The notes under the pieces: generated by a model
Database searches by the model: none
What the model was told of the DNA's origin: nothing
The model's input: only the letters and a program-made list of their open reading frames with translations
Position numbers and translations under genes: made by a program
DNA from: Candidatus Pacearchaeota archaeon
GTDB taxonomy: Archaea > Nanobdellota > Nanobdellia > Pacearchaeales > GW2011-AR1
Length of the DNA stretch: 62,953 nucleotides
Direction of reading: 5' to 3'
NCBI GenBank assembly: GCA_017609085.1
Contig: JAFCEO010000001.1
Span: forward strand, 1 to 62,953
In this document: positions 8,093 through 15,531 of the stretch, in pieces
Layout: every line of letters starts with the position of its first letter
How positions within the stretch are numbered: position 1 is the first letter of the stretch

Positions 8093-9278
8093 ATTCTCTT
8101 ATTATTTGTTCAAGAGTTGATTCTTCTTGAATAAAAGATCTCCTATTTTGAACTTTTAATCCATGTTCTGTTATTAATATTGTCTTTGGTATACCAATAA
8201 AACGAGACGTTTTAATTTTACTATTAACTCGTGCATTTTTTCTATCATCTACTAAAACATGCATTCCAGCAGATTCCATTTTTTCTTGTAATAAAACTAA
8301 TCTGTTTAGTAGTTCTTGATTAGAGGGATTTTTTGGGATTAGGTAAACATCAAAAGGGGATAATTTTTCAGGCCATACAATCCCTTCTCTATCTCTATTT
8401 TGTTCTATAATTGCATATAATAATCTAGACATACCTATTCCATAAGTAGTTAAATAAGGATAAACTTCTTCATTCGAGTCGTCTCTAAACTTCACGTCTA
8501 ATTTTCTGGCAAAAAAATCATTAAAGACTTTAAACATGGCTATTCCTAACCCTCTTTGTAATCTTATATTTTGTCCACAAACAATACATGTTTCTCTTTT
8601 TTTATCATACCTAGTTACATGATTACCTTCACATACAAATATTCTATGTTGGCCTTTATTTGTCATTAGAAGAAAATTCCCATAATTTCTATCACTAGAC
8701 TCGACATAACGCAAGGTTAAATTTGATTGATTACATAAATCTTTAACTATTTTTTTAAATGAATCTACTTTCTCAATAGCAGAGTCTTTTCTATTGTGAA
8801 AGCTATATGCTTCAAAAACATCAAATTCACTGTTACTAATAAGTCCTCCAGCAGGAGTGTTATAAGAGAAAACTTCTCCAAATTGAAATAGACAAAGAGG
8901 AAGATGTCTTTTGAATAAATTATTTCTAACTAAATCATTTATTGTTTCCTCATTTGTACGAGATAAACAAAAATCTCCAAATTCTAAGGAAAGTCTGTAA
9001 ACACTAGCTACATAAGAATCCAATCTACCAGTTTCTCTCAGGAATCTTGTTGGTTGTATTTTTGGAAGAGAGATCTCCTGAAACCCTTCTTTCAATGCAG
9101 AATCCCTAATTATCTTCTGTAATGAATTAAAAACCCTTCTGCCCATTGGGAGAAGGACATAAAATCTTGAGCCAGAATAATGTACAATCCCCGCTTTTTC
9201 AATTAGTTGACTCGTTTCTAATCTAGATGGATCATGATGTTCTAATATATGTGGTGCATATAAATTTTGAATTTTCAT
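8079..9278 (-). CDS. Class IIa aaRS paralog: bacterial-type ProRS-like without the INS domain and with a degenerate motif 2
   Basis: 399 aa. TSQLIEKAGIVHY..YVLLPMG..L resembles the ProRS N-terminus. Motif 3 reads TYGIGMSRLLYAIIEQ..D.EGIVWP. The C-terminal HGTP-type anticodon-binding domain reads FDVYLIP..VLVDDR. Motif 2 reads FSYNTPAGGLISNSEF where ProRS has FRDE.RPRFG.MRSREF. Confidence 0.75.
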   Translation of the reverse strand: MKIQNLYAPHILEHHDPSRLETSQLIEKAGIVHYSGSRFYVLLPMGRRVFNSLQKIIRDSALKEGFQEISLPKIQPTRFLRETGRLDSYVASVYRLSLEFGDFCLSRTNEETINDLVRNNLFKRHLPLCLFQFGEVFSYNTPAGGLISNSEFDVFEAYSFHNRKDSAIEKVDSFKKIVKDLCNQSNLTLRYVESSDRNYGNFLLMTNKGQHRIFVCEGNHVTRYDKKRETCIVCGQNIRLQRGLGIAMFKVFNDFFARKLDVKFRDDSNEEVYPYLTTYGIGMSRLLYAIIEQNRDREGIVWPEKLSPFDVYLIPKNPSNQELLNRLVLLQEKMESAGMHVLVDDRKNARVNSKIKTSRFIGIPKTILITEHGLKVQNRRSFIQEESTLEQIIREYERN

Positions 9279-9279
9279 C

Positions 9280-10473
9280 TTAAGGTTTCAATCCTTTATC
9301 AACTCTTGGAAATTGAGAGGCACTCCAAATAAACGGCATTTCAAATAGTCCTTGAAGCAACCTTTCCCATCCCAACCCAAATCCAGAAGTTTCAACATAA
9401 TTTGGTGATCTCCTAGTTTGGAGATAAGGCCCATAATCTTCCTTAGGAAGATTAAAAATTCTTGCTTTTTCTTCAAGTTCAGAAATAGAACGTACACGAT
9501 GGCCGCTACCAATAATTTCTCTATATCCCGGCCAAATAAAATCTGTATTATCAGCAACCAAGGAACGTTTTTCTTTACCATCTTCTATCCATCTTTCTTC
9601 TACCCCATCAACACATGCATGATAAAATGGCACTTCTAGTAATGGAAAACATCCTATAGCAACCATACTGCCAAATATATGTGTTAACCTAACTTCTTCC
9701 CATTGTCCAAAATTTTTCATTGTAAATCTCTTATACTTATCTTGTTTAGTATCCTCATAGAGCGTATCCAGCGCTTCTCTAAATGTAATTTTTGGAATGT
9801 TTTTGATGTCAGAAGCAAATTCTTCAAGTTCTTTTACCCTATCTTTAGAAAGAAAAAATGCAATATCTTCTTCATTGTAGGTAAGCAAATCTGTGATAAT
9901 CTTTCCTACCAATCCTAAAGCTATTTTTTCGTTTGTAGGCTGATCTATTTTTCCTTCGTATTCGATATGGTGAAACTCAGAAAGATGAGTCGCATCCGCT
10001 TTTTCTTTTCTGAATGAATTATATATGGAATAGACTTGATCAACACCTTGCTGTATTAGTGCAAGCTCCAAATAAATTTGAGACGATTCCGATAAAAAAA
10101 CAGGTTTTTCTTCTTCAAACCATGTAAGCGTGATTGGGCATGTATCTGAAGTATAGTCTATCGCTTCCTTGCCATATACTGCTCCAGGAGAAGAAATCAT
10201 TCTGGTAGTCAGAGGTAAAGCTGTAAAGAGAGCACCCATATAGTCAAAATAGTCATTAGTGCTTTTATTTATCCGATGATTAATTCTAGCAATATGTGTC
10301 CACATTTCACTGGAATAAAAGTGGGCAATTCTGTTCCTAAATTCTTCTAATGGAATCTTTACAGAAGTAACATCTTTTATCGGTTTGAATATTTTGTTTC
10401 CTTTGTAGGAAATTGTTCCATTCATATTTGCACTGTATGGTCCTAGCATTTTAACTAATAAAACCAAACCCAT
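9280..10473 (-). CDS. Class IIb aaRS paralog: AsnRS/AspRS-like catalytic core lacking the OB anticodon-binding domain
   Basis: 397 aa. Motif 2 SFRKEKADATHLSEFHHIEYEG. AsnRS-like C-terminus EIIGSGHRV..DYGPYLQTRR..ETSGFGLGWERLLQGL..FPR. No N-terminal OB fold. The likely true start is ATG 10449, 24 nt downstream of a TTTATAAA box. Confidence 0.75.
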   Translation of the reverse strand: MGLVLLVKMLGPYSANMNGTISYKGNKIFKPIKDVTSVKIPLEEFRNRIAHFYSSEMWTHIARINHRINKSTNDYFDYMGALFTALPLTTRMISSPGAVYGKEAIDYTSDTCPITLTWFEEEKPVFLSESSQIYLELALIQQGVDQVYSIYNSFRKEKADATHLSEFHHIEYEGKIDQPTNEKIALGLVGKIITDLLTYNEEDIAFFLSKDRVKELEEFASDIKNIPKITFREALDTLYEDTKQDKYKRFTMKNFGQWEEVRLTHIFGSMVAIGCFPLLEVPFYHACVDGVEERWIEDGKEKRSLVADNTDFIWPGYREIIGSGHRVRSISELEEKARIFNLPKEDYGPYLQTRRSPNYVETSGFGLGWERLLQGLFEMPFIWSASQFPRVDKGLKP

Positions 10474-10480
10474 TTATAAA
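10473..10480 (-). promoter_or_regulatory. TATA box candidate for the aaRS-paralog operon
   Basis: The minus strand reads TTTATAAA, 24 nt upstream of ATG 10449. This is the same spacing as at other genes in the window. Confidence 0.4.
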
Positions 10481-10631
10481 GTATTTTGAAATATATCCAT
10501 TTCCTGTTCCAATATCTAATATTTTTTTATTTTGGGAAATCATTCCCACATATTCTAAAAAATCTTCATGTATTTGGTAAATTCTCCATTAGACAATTGG
10601 ATCGAATCACCATCTAGAACATGTGAAACAG

Positions 10632-11300
10632 TTAATGTAATGGTTTGTGGTTCTGAATTACATGCACCATCAGAGCAACCATATGGGCATATTTATAGGT
10701 TTCTATGTGAGAACCCGAAGAGTCACAATAATATTCAGCTAAATAATTTTCATACCCTTCATATTCATAACATCTATCATAACCTTTCCCTTCAGAACCA
10801 TAATCTATATACCCTTTTGTATAATAATCTTTTCCACCATCTGAATCATAACAATCTTTACATTTACTATTCTCACAGCCATAAGCACAATGCCAATAAC
10901 GAATCCAAGTAGAACTACAATCTGAATACTGATATTTTTGTTGGATATTATTTCCAGAACATCTATATTCATTTACATATCCAGATTTACAAGAGGATGA
11001 AATTGATTGTTGTATTTCTTCTTGTTGCTGTGATTCATCCTGCTGTTCCTGATATTTCTGCTCTTGTTGATGTCTTAGTCCTTCTTCATATTGTCTTTGC
11101 TGTTCTTCTTGTATCTGTTGGTAATAGTCTTCTTCTTGCTGTCTTTGTAATTCTTCATTATAATTGTCAATTACTTTTCCAGTTATGTCATCATGCATAG
11201 AGTGACGAATTATAGAATGACGAACAGCACTTGTCATAATTAATATAAACATAATTATGAAAATCCAAATCCACCAACTACTTCCTTTCTTATTCATCAT
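10632..11300 (-). CDS. Membrane-anchored Q/E-rich, Cys-rich protein (3' end frameshifted)
   Basis: 222 aa. N-terminal TM WWIWIFIIMFILIM, a QQEE low-complexity linker, and a Cys module ..CAYGCENSKC. A second copy of the module (ICPYGCSDGAC) is readable only in another frame near 10680. Confidence 0.55.
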   Translation of the reverse strand: MMNKKGSSWWIWIFIIMFILIMTSAVRHSIIRHSMHDDITGKVIDNYNEELQRQQEEDYYQQIQEEQQRQYEEGLRHQQEQKYQEQQDESQQQEEIQQSISSSCKSGYVNEYRCSGNNIQQKYQYSDCSSTWIRYWHCAYGCENSKCKDCYDSDGGKDYYTKGYIDYGSEGKGYDRCYEYEGYENYLAEYYCDSSGSHIETYKYAHMVALMVHVIQNHKPLH

Positions 11301-11503
11301 ATTTGAAGTAATATTATAAAACTTAGTCCTTCAGATATTTTGTCTGCTTCGCAGGATAATATTAAAAGCAACCCTTCCTTATTTTATTAAATTTCGGCGC
11401 TTCCCGCCATCCTAGAGTTCGTTTTAATTACGCCTAACTCCCGTTAACTTAACAATACAGATTTTTGAATAAATATTTTAAACCCTCTTTCTTTTTTAAA
11501 TTT

Positions 11504-12268
11504 ATGGCAAACTATGATATAATTGGAAGCATAGCCATATTAAAATTTAATAGGGAAAAGAAAAAAGAAAAGTTAAAACAAGCAAAACAGCTTTTAAAGA
11601 GAAAAAACATTAAAACAGTTTTAGAAAAAGCAGAAAGGGTTAAAGGAAGACTTCGAACTTTTAAGACGAAATTTTTAGCTGGCGAAAAAACAAGAGAAAC
11701 AGTACATAAAGAAAATAATTGTCTTTTTAAATTAAATGTCGAAACCTGTTATTTTTCTCCAAGATTAAGTGAGGAAAGAAAAGAGATAGCATCTTTTGTG
11801 AAAAAAAAAGACGCAGTACTTGTTTTATTTTCTGGTGTTGCCCCTTTTCCGATTGTTATTGCTAAACTGGCTAAGCCAAAAAAAATTGTCGCTATTGAAC
11901 TGTCCAGAGAATGTAATAAATATGCTAAGGGGAATGTTAAATTAAATAAATTGGATAATGTAGAGATAATTCAAGGAGATGTTAAGAAAAAGGTCACAAA
12001 AGAACTTGGAAAATTTGATGTTATTGTTATGCCCCGTCCGAACTTAAAAGAAACTTTTTTGAAAGAAGCATTTTCTGTTTCAAAAAAAGGAACAAGAATC
12101 TACTATTACTGTTTTTGCAAAGAAAATAAACTCAACAAACTAGTTGAAGAAGTTTATAAGGAAAGTAAAAATTCAAGAAAAAAAATTAAAATTTTAAATA
12201 TAAAAAAAGCAGGAGATATTGCACCTTATAAGTATAGGTATAGAATTGATATCAAAGTTTTAAATTAA
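11504..12268 (+). CDS. trm5: tRNA (guanine37-N1)-methyltransferase Trm5 (Met-10+ like)
   Basis: The track ORF starts at TTG 11465, and ATG 11504 gives MANYDIIGSIAILKF. Other motifs: ETCYFSPRLSEER, SAM site LFSGVAPF, VIVMPRP. Confidence 0.8.
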   Translation: MANYDIIGSIAILKFNREKKKEKLKQAKQLLKRKNIKTVLEKAERVKGRLRTFKTKFLAGEKTRETVHKENNCLFKLNVETCYFSPRLSEERKEIASFVKKKDAVLVLFSGVAPFPIVIAKLAKPKKIVAIELSRECNKYAKGNVKLNKLDNVEIIQGDVKKKVTKELGKFDVIVMPRPNLKETFLKEAFSVSKKGTRIYYYCFCKENKLNKLVEEVYKESKNSRKKIKILNIKKAGDIAPYKYRYRIDIKVLN

Positions 12269-12636
12269 TAAACTAATCCCGCAAAATAATTCTGCTCAGC
12301 CATAGCGGTTTCTCCTATTAACTCTGGGATATAATCTTTATTCCCCTTAACGTATTCCACTAAATCTTTAAATGTGAAATTTTTTCTCAAGGCATAATCT
12401 GGATTACCAATTGAAGGAACTCCGAAATTCATAAGAATTCTTCTTAATGATATTGGCTTTATCTTTACTTCTTGATAGTCTTTTTCTATCTTGATTCCTC
12501 TTTTAGATAATTCTCTCTTTAATAAACTCTCAATTGTTTTCCCATTCATGTTTGTCGTATTAATCCTTAAATTAGTTTTATGTCTGCTGTATTTCATTTT
12601 TCCCTGAACTTTTATTAAATTTTCAAATGGTATCAA
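12265..12636 (-). CDS. Hypothetical protein
   Basis: 123-aa ORF with no recognisable motif. Convergent with trm5, with a 4-nt overlap. Confidence 0.45.
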   Translation of the reverse strand: MIPFENLIKVQGKMKYSRHKTNLRINTTNMNGKTIESLLKRELSKRGIKIEKDYQEVKIKPISLRRILMNFGVPSIGNPDYALRKNFTFKDLVEYVKGNKDYIPELIGETAMAEQNYFAGLVY

Positions 12637-12711
12637 GAGATTTTTATTTTGTTCTAAAAGTATTAAATTTATTATATAAATGTTTTTAAATTTAACGTTT
12701 TATTTTTAAAA

Positions 12712-13830
12712 ATGGATGCTCCAAATGATAAAATGAAAGAAGGAAAGATTTCTAAAGTTTCAGAGGCAGTTTCTAAAACTGTTTCTAAGACTGTCGAATC
12801 CTTTTCAGAAGCAGTCTCGACTATTTCTAGAAAATCAAAACAGATTCATCCAGAACTCGAGGAAATTATATCAGGCGTTTTCTCTTATATCCGAAATAGA
12901 GCAGAAAAAAAAGAAAATATTTTAAATATCGATGAGGAAGATTATAAATTTTTTGAAGGAAGAATTTCTTCTATTGATAACAAGTTAATAGTTTCAAAAA
13001 GAAACCTTTTGGAGTGGGCTTTTCTTGTTCATGATTGGAACAGACAGCATATTTTTGAAGGTTATGCTAAAGAAGCAGGATTTATAACAACACCTGTTCA
13101 CGGAACTCTTATAGCAGCTCACGCTGAACAATACGTCTTGTCATATTTAAATGAAATTAACAGTTTAATTGACAGATTAAATGAAAAGAATGGACTTAGA
13201 GGGGAAAAAGCAATTGAGAAACTCTCCTACTCCAGACACAAAATCAGATTTGTAAATCCTTTATACTTGAAAAGAAGAAATGCAAAAGCAAACTGGAATC
13301 TCGATAGCATTACTGTAAAAGAAAATGGTCTTGAGTTGGGTTTTTATGGAACTGGTTTAAAAGAAAAAGAGGTTATTGTTGAATGCCCAAAAGTCAGTTT
13401 TAATATAGAAAGAAAATCTGATGTAGAAATGCTTCCTTTTTATAGGGATTATGTTAGAAAAAGCTATTTAGAAATAAAAGAAGGGGAAAGAGAAACCTTT
13501 TATAGATGTTTAGGTAAAAAATCTGGGAAACAAGTTTATTTTATGCATGTTTCTGCTTTCAGTATAGCTAGTTTGTTAGATTTATCTTCTGAAAGAACAG
13601 GAAGACCAGAGGGAACTTATGCAAGCGCCAATTTTGAATTTCACAATCTTCCTAACCCAGGGATATTTGAGGTTGTTATAAAAAAACCTCAATCTCCGAG
13701 AGAAGTAGAAGATAAAAACGGCAAAAATTGGTACGCTTATATATTTAAATCTCTCTGTGTTCAAAAAAATACGCCAATTTTAACTGGAAGAGTTGTTTGT
13801 TATTCTCCTTATAAATTTAATTTTCGTTAA
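12712..13830 (+). CDS. MaoC-like hotdog-fold protein with an N-terminal extension
   Basis: 372 aa. VHDWNRQHIFEGYAKEAGFITTPVHGTLIAAHAE resembles the MaoC dehydratase motif D.NP.H....A...GF...I.HG. Confidence 0.55.
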   Translation: MDAPNDKMKEGKISKVSEAVSKTVSKTVESFSEAVSTISRKSKQIHPELEEIISGVFSYIRNRAEKKENILNIDEEDYKFFEGRISSIDNKLIVSKRNLLEWAFLVHDWNRQHIFEGYAKEAGFITTPVHGTLIAAHAEQYVLSYLNEINSLIDRLNEKNGLRGEKAIEKLSYSRHKIRFVNPLYLKRRNAKANWNLDSITVKENGLELGFYGTGLKEKEVIVECPKVSFNIERKSDVEMLPFYRDYVRKSYLEIKEGERETFYRCLGKKSGKQVYFMHVSAFSIASLLDLSSERTGRPEGTYASANFEFHNLPNPGIFEVVIKKPQSPREVEDKNGKNWYAYIFKSLCVQKNTPILTGRVVCYSPYKFNFR

Positions 13831-15116
13831 ATTTTCTCTTCTTCTCTTTTAATTGCTATCGGAGACTCTCCGCCATGCCAGGTGAACCTTGGTCTTATTC
13901 TTATAGGATAAATCCTCTCACTGTTGTCGTCCAGAATTATAGCAGAACCTTTTAGGTTGGGCAATTCATCCAAATATTTTCTTATACTTTCGAGAAGATA
14001 TGTTTGCATTATATTATTTAATGCTGTTATGTCCGGCTGAGCCGTTACTCTGTGACTTATAATAATATCAGATTGTGTCATCACATCTTTATGAATGGCT
14101 CCGGGTTGTTGTGTTGCTAAAACAAGGGAGATGCCTGGCTGTCTTCCTTCTCTCAAAAGTTGTATTAAAGAGTCGGTAGCAGGAGTTTTCTCATTTTGAG
14201 GTAAAAACTCATGAGCTTCGTCAAGAAAAAGCCAAATCAAAGGCATTTCTTTTTTTTCGCTTCTTCCTTGTAAGGATAAAATCTCCTCTTTTTTCCTAGC
14301 AGCAATTCTTTCTACAAAAAGTTTTCTTGAAATTAAACCGATAACCAAGGCACGGACATTGAAAGTCGAAATAGAAGAATAACAGCTTAAATCAAGAATA
14401 GTAGTTTTTCCAGCTTTTATTAACTCACTTACTTCAACAGTTTCTTTTTCTGAAAAAATTCCCCATGTAGAAGCAGCTTCAAATAAGGCAGATGCAGCTT
14501 TTTTTATTTCTTCTTTTTCTTCTGAATTTTCAATTTTTTCAAGAATGTCTCTAATTGAGAAATCTTTTTCCTGCTCTTTTAAATCTGCTATAACTTTTTC
14601 AATTAATATCGATATAGGATCTATCATGTTTAAGTTAAAAGTTAAAAGCCAATCTTCTATTTCCAGTTCAGAGGCTTTAAGAGCAAATCCTTTATCCACT
14701 GGAATCTGGTTCTTTTCGTACTCTGAAAATCTTCCAAAAGGAACAAATATTCTTACAGGGAGATTTTTTGGTTTTAGTTTCCATTCTGAAAGTAAGGATT
14801 TTTCTTTTTCATTTTTATATTTCATTGTCCAAAAAATTCCCATTGTATCAAAAATAAGGGAACCAATATTATTCTTAACTTCTTCTGGTAAATCTGCTAA
14901 TTCTTCAGCTATAACTCCTATACTATACGACTTTCCAGAACCTCTTTTTCCAGCTATGAGGATAACATGACTCCTTACAACATCAAGCCAGATCAAATTA
15001 GAGAGAGAAGTATAGTTACCCATTCTGACATATCCCTTACCTAAATAAATAAGTCCTTTTTCCTTAAATCTTTTTTTATCCGCTTCATCTCTTCCTATAA
15101 TTATGTCATAAGGCAT
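13827..15116 (-). CDS. HerA/FtsK-superfamily P-loop ATPase (DUF87-like)
   Basis: 429 aa. Walker A GKRGSGKS, Walker B WLFLDEAHEF, QQPG..D.....I.HR C-terminal motifs typical of COG0433 ATPases. Confidence 0.8.
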   Translation of the reverse strand: MPYDIIIGRDEADKKRFKEKGLIYLGKGYVRMGNYTSLSNLIWLDVVRSHVILIAGKRGSGKSYSIGVIAEELADLPEEVKNNIGSLIFDTMGIFWTMKYKNEKEKSLLSEWKLKPKNLPVRIFVPFGRFSEYEKNQIPVDKGFALKASELEIEDWLLTFNLNMIDPISILIEKVIADLKEQEKDFSIRDILEKIENSEEKEEIKKAASALFEAASTWGIFSEKETVEVSELIKAGKTTILDLSCYSSISTFNVRALVIGLISRKLFVERIAARKKEEILSLQGRSEKKEMPLIWLFLDEAHEFLPQNEKTPATDSLIQLLREGRQPGISLVLATQQPGAIHKDVMTQSDIIISHRVTAQPDITALNNIMQTYLLESIRKYLDELPNLKGSAIILDDNSERIYPIRIRPRFTWHGGESPIAIKREEEKI

Positions 15117-15237
15117 ATTTAAAATAAGTCAAAGACATTTTTAAACTCTTTTGTGACAACCTCCTATATAAACAGAAACTTAAATAATCTTTCTCAATTA
15201 ATTTACATTTATTTAACTTAAAAGATGTTATGAGAAA

Positions 15238-15311
15238 AGCCTCAGGCAGGATTTGCACCTGCGACCTTCTCATTACGAGTGAGATGCTCTAACTAACTGA
15301 GCTACTGAGGC
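15238..15311 (-). tRNA. tRNA-Thr (anticodon CGU), no intron
   Basis: The minus strand folds as GCCTCAG/TA/GCTC-AGTTAGTTA-GAGC/A/TCTCA-CTCGTAA-TGAGA/AGGTC/GCAGG-TGCAAAT-CCTGC/CTGAGGC plus a discriminator. Confidence 0.9.
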
Positions 15312-15314
15312 ATA

Positions 15315-15482
15315 TTAAACAGATTTTATTTTTGCTTTTTCTAACCAGTCTTTCTCCTTTTGACACTCTGAACACACATAAATAAATTTGTTCTTATTCT
15401 CCTCTTTAACTTTAACTATTGTTCCTTTTAGTTTTCCATATTCTTCTTCAATTGGAGATTCACAGATAATGCACTTTGCCAT
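15315..15482 (-). CDS. Small zinc-ribbon protein (55 aa)
   Basis: Below the track length cut-off. MAKCIICESPIEEEYGKLKGTIVKVKEENKNKFIYVCSECQKEKDWLEKAKIKSV contains CxxC..CxxC. Confidence 0.45.
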   Translation of the reverse strand: MAKCIICESPIEEEYGKLKGTIVKVKEENKNKFIYVCSECQKEKDWLEKAKIKSV

Positions 15483-15502
15483 ATAAGAATATCGTGAGAA
15501 GT

Positions 15503-15514
15503 TTTATAAATATA
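15503..15514 (+). promoter_or_regulatory. TATA box candidate upstream of argS
   Basis: TTTTATAAATAT lies about 20-25 nt upstream of ATG 15532, which implies a leaderless or very short-leader transcript. Confidence 0.4.
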
Positions 15515-15531
15515 TTCTTCTTTTTTTCTTT

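Noticed and set aside
10568-11200. Plus-strand ORFs (114 aa and 67 aa) opposite the Cys-rich gene
   Set aside because: They are histidine/leucine/asparagine low-complexity translations of the reverse strand of the QQEE/Cys-rich gene, with no start context.
11340-11460. Relatively GC-rich intergenic stretch with two short hairpins (CTGC-TTC-GCAG at 11344-11354 and GGCG-CTTCC-CGCC at 11396-11408), considered as a candidate ncRNA
   Set aside because: The stems are only 4 bp. I found no tRNA-like, C/D, H/ACA, SRP or RNase P signatures by eye. The evidence is insufficient for a feature call, though it is worth including in an Rfam scan.
14545-14970. 141-aa plus-strand ORF inside the HerA-like ATPase gene
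   Set aside because: It is antisense to a strongly supported P-loop ATPase. The composition is low-complexity S/F/I-rich, typical of the mirror frame of an AT-rich gene, and it has no motif and no promoter.
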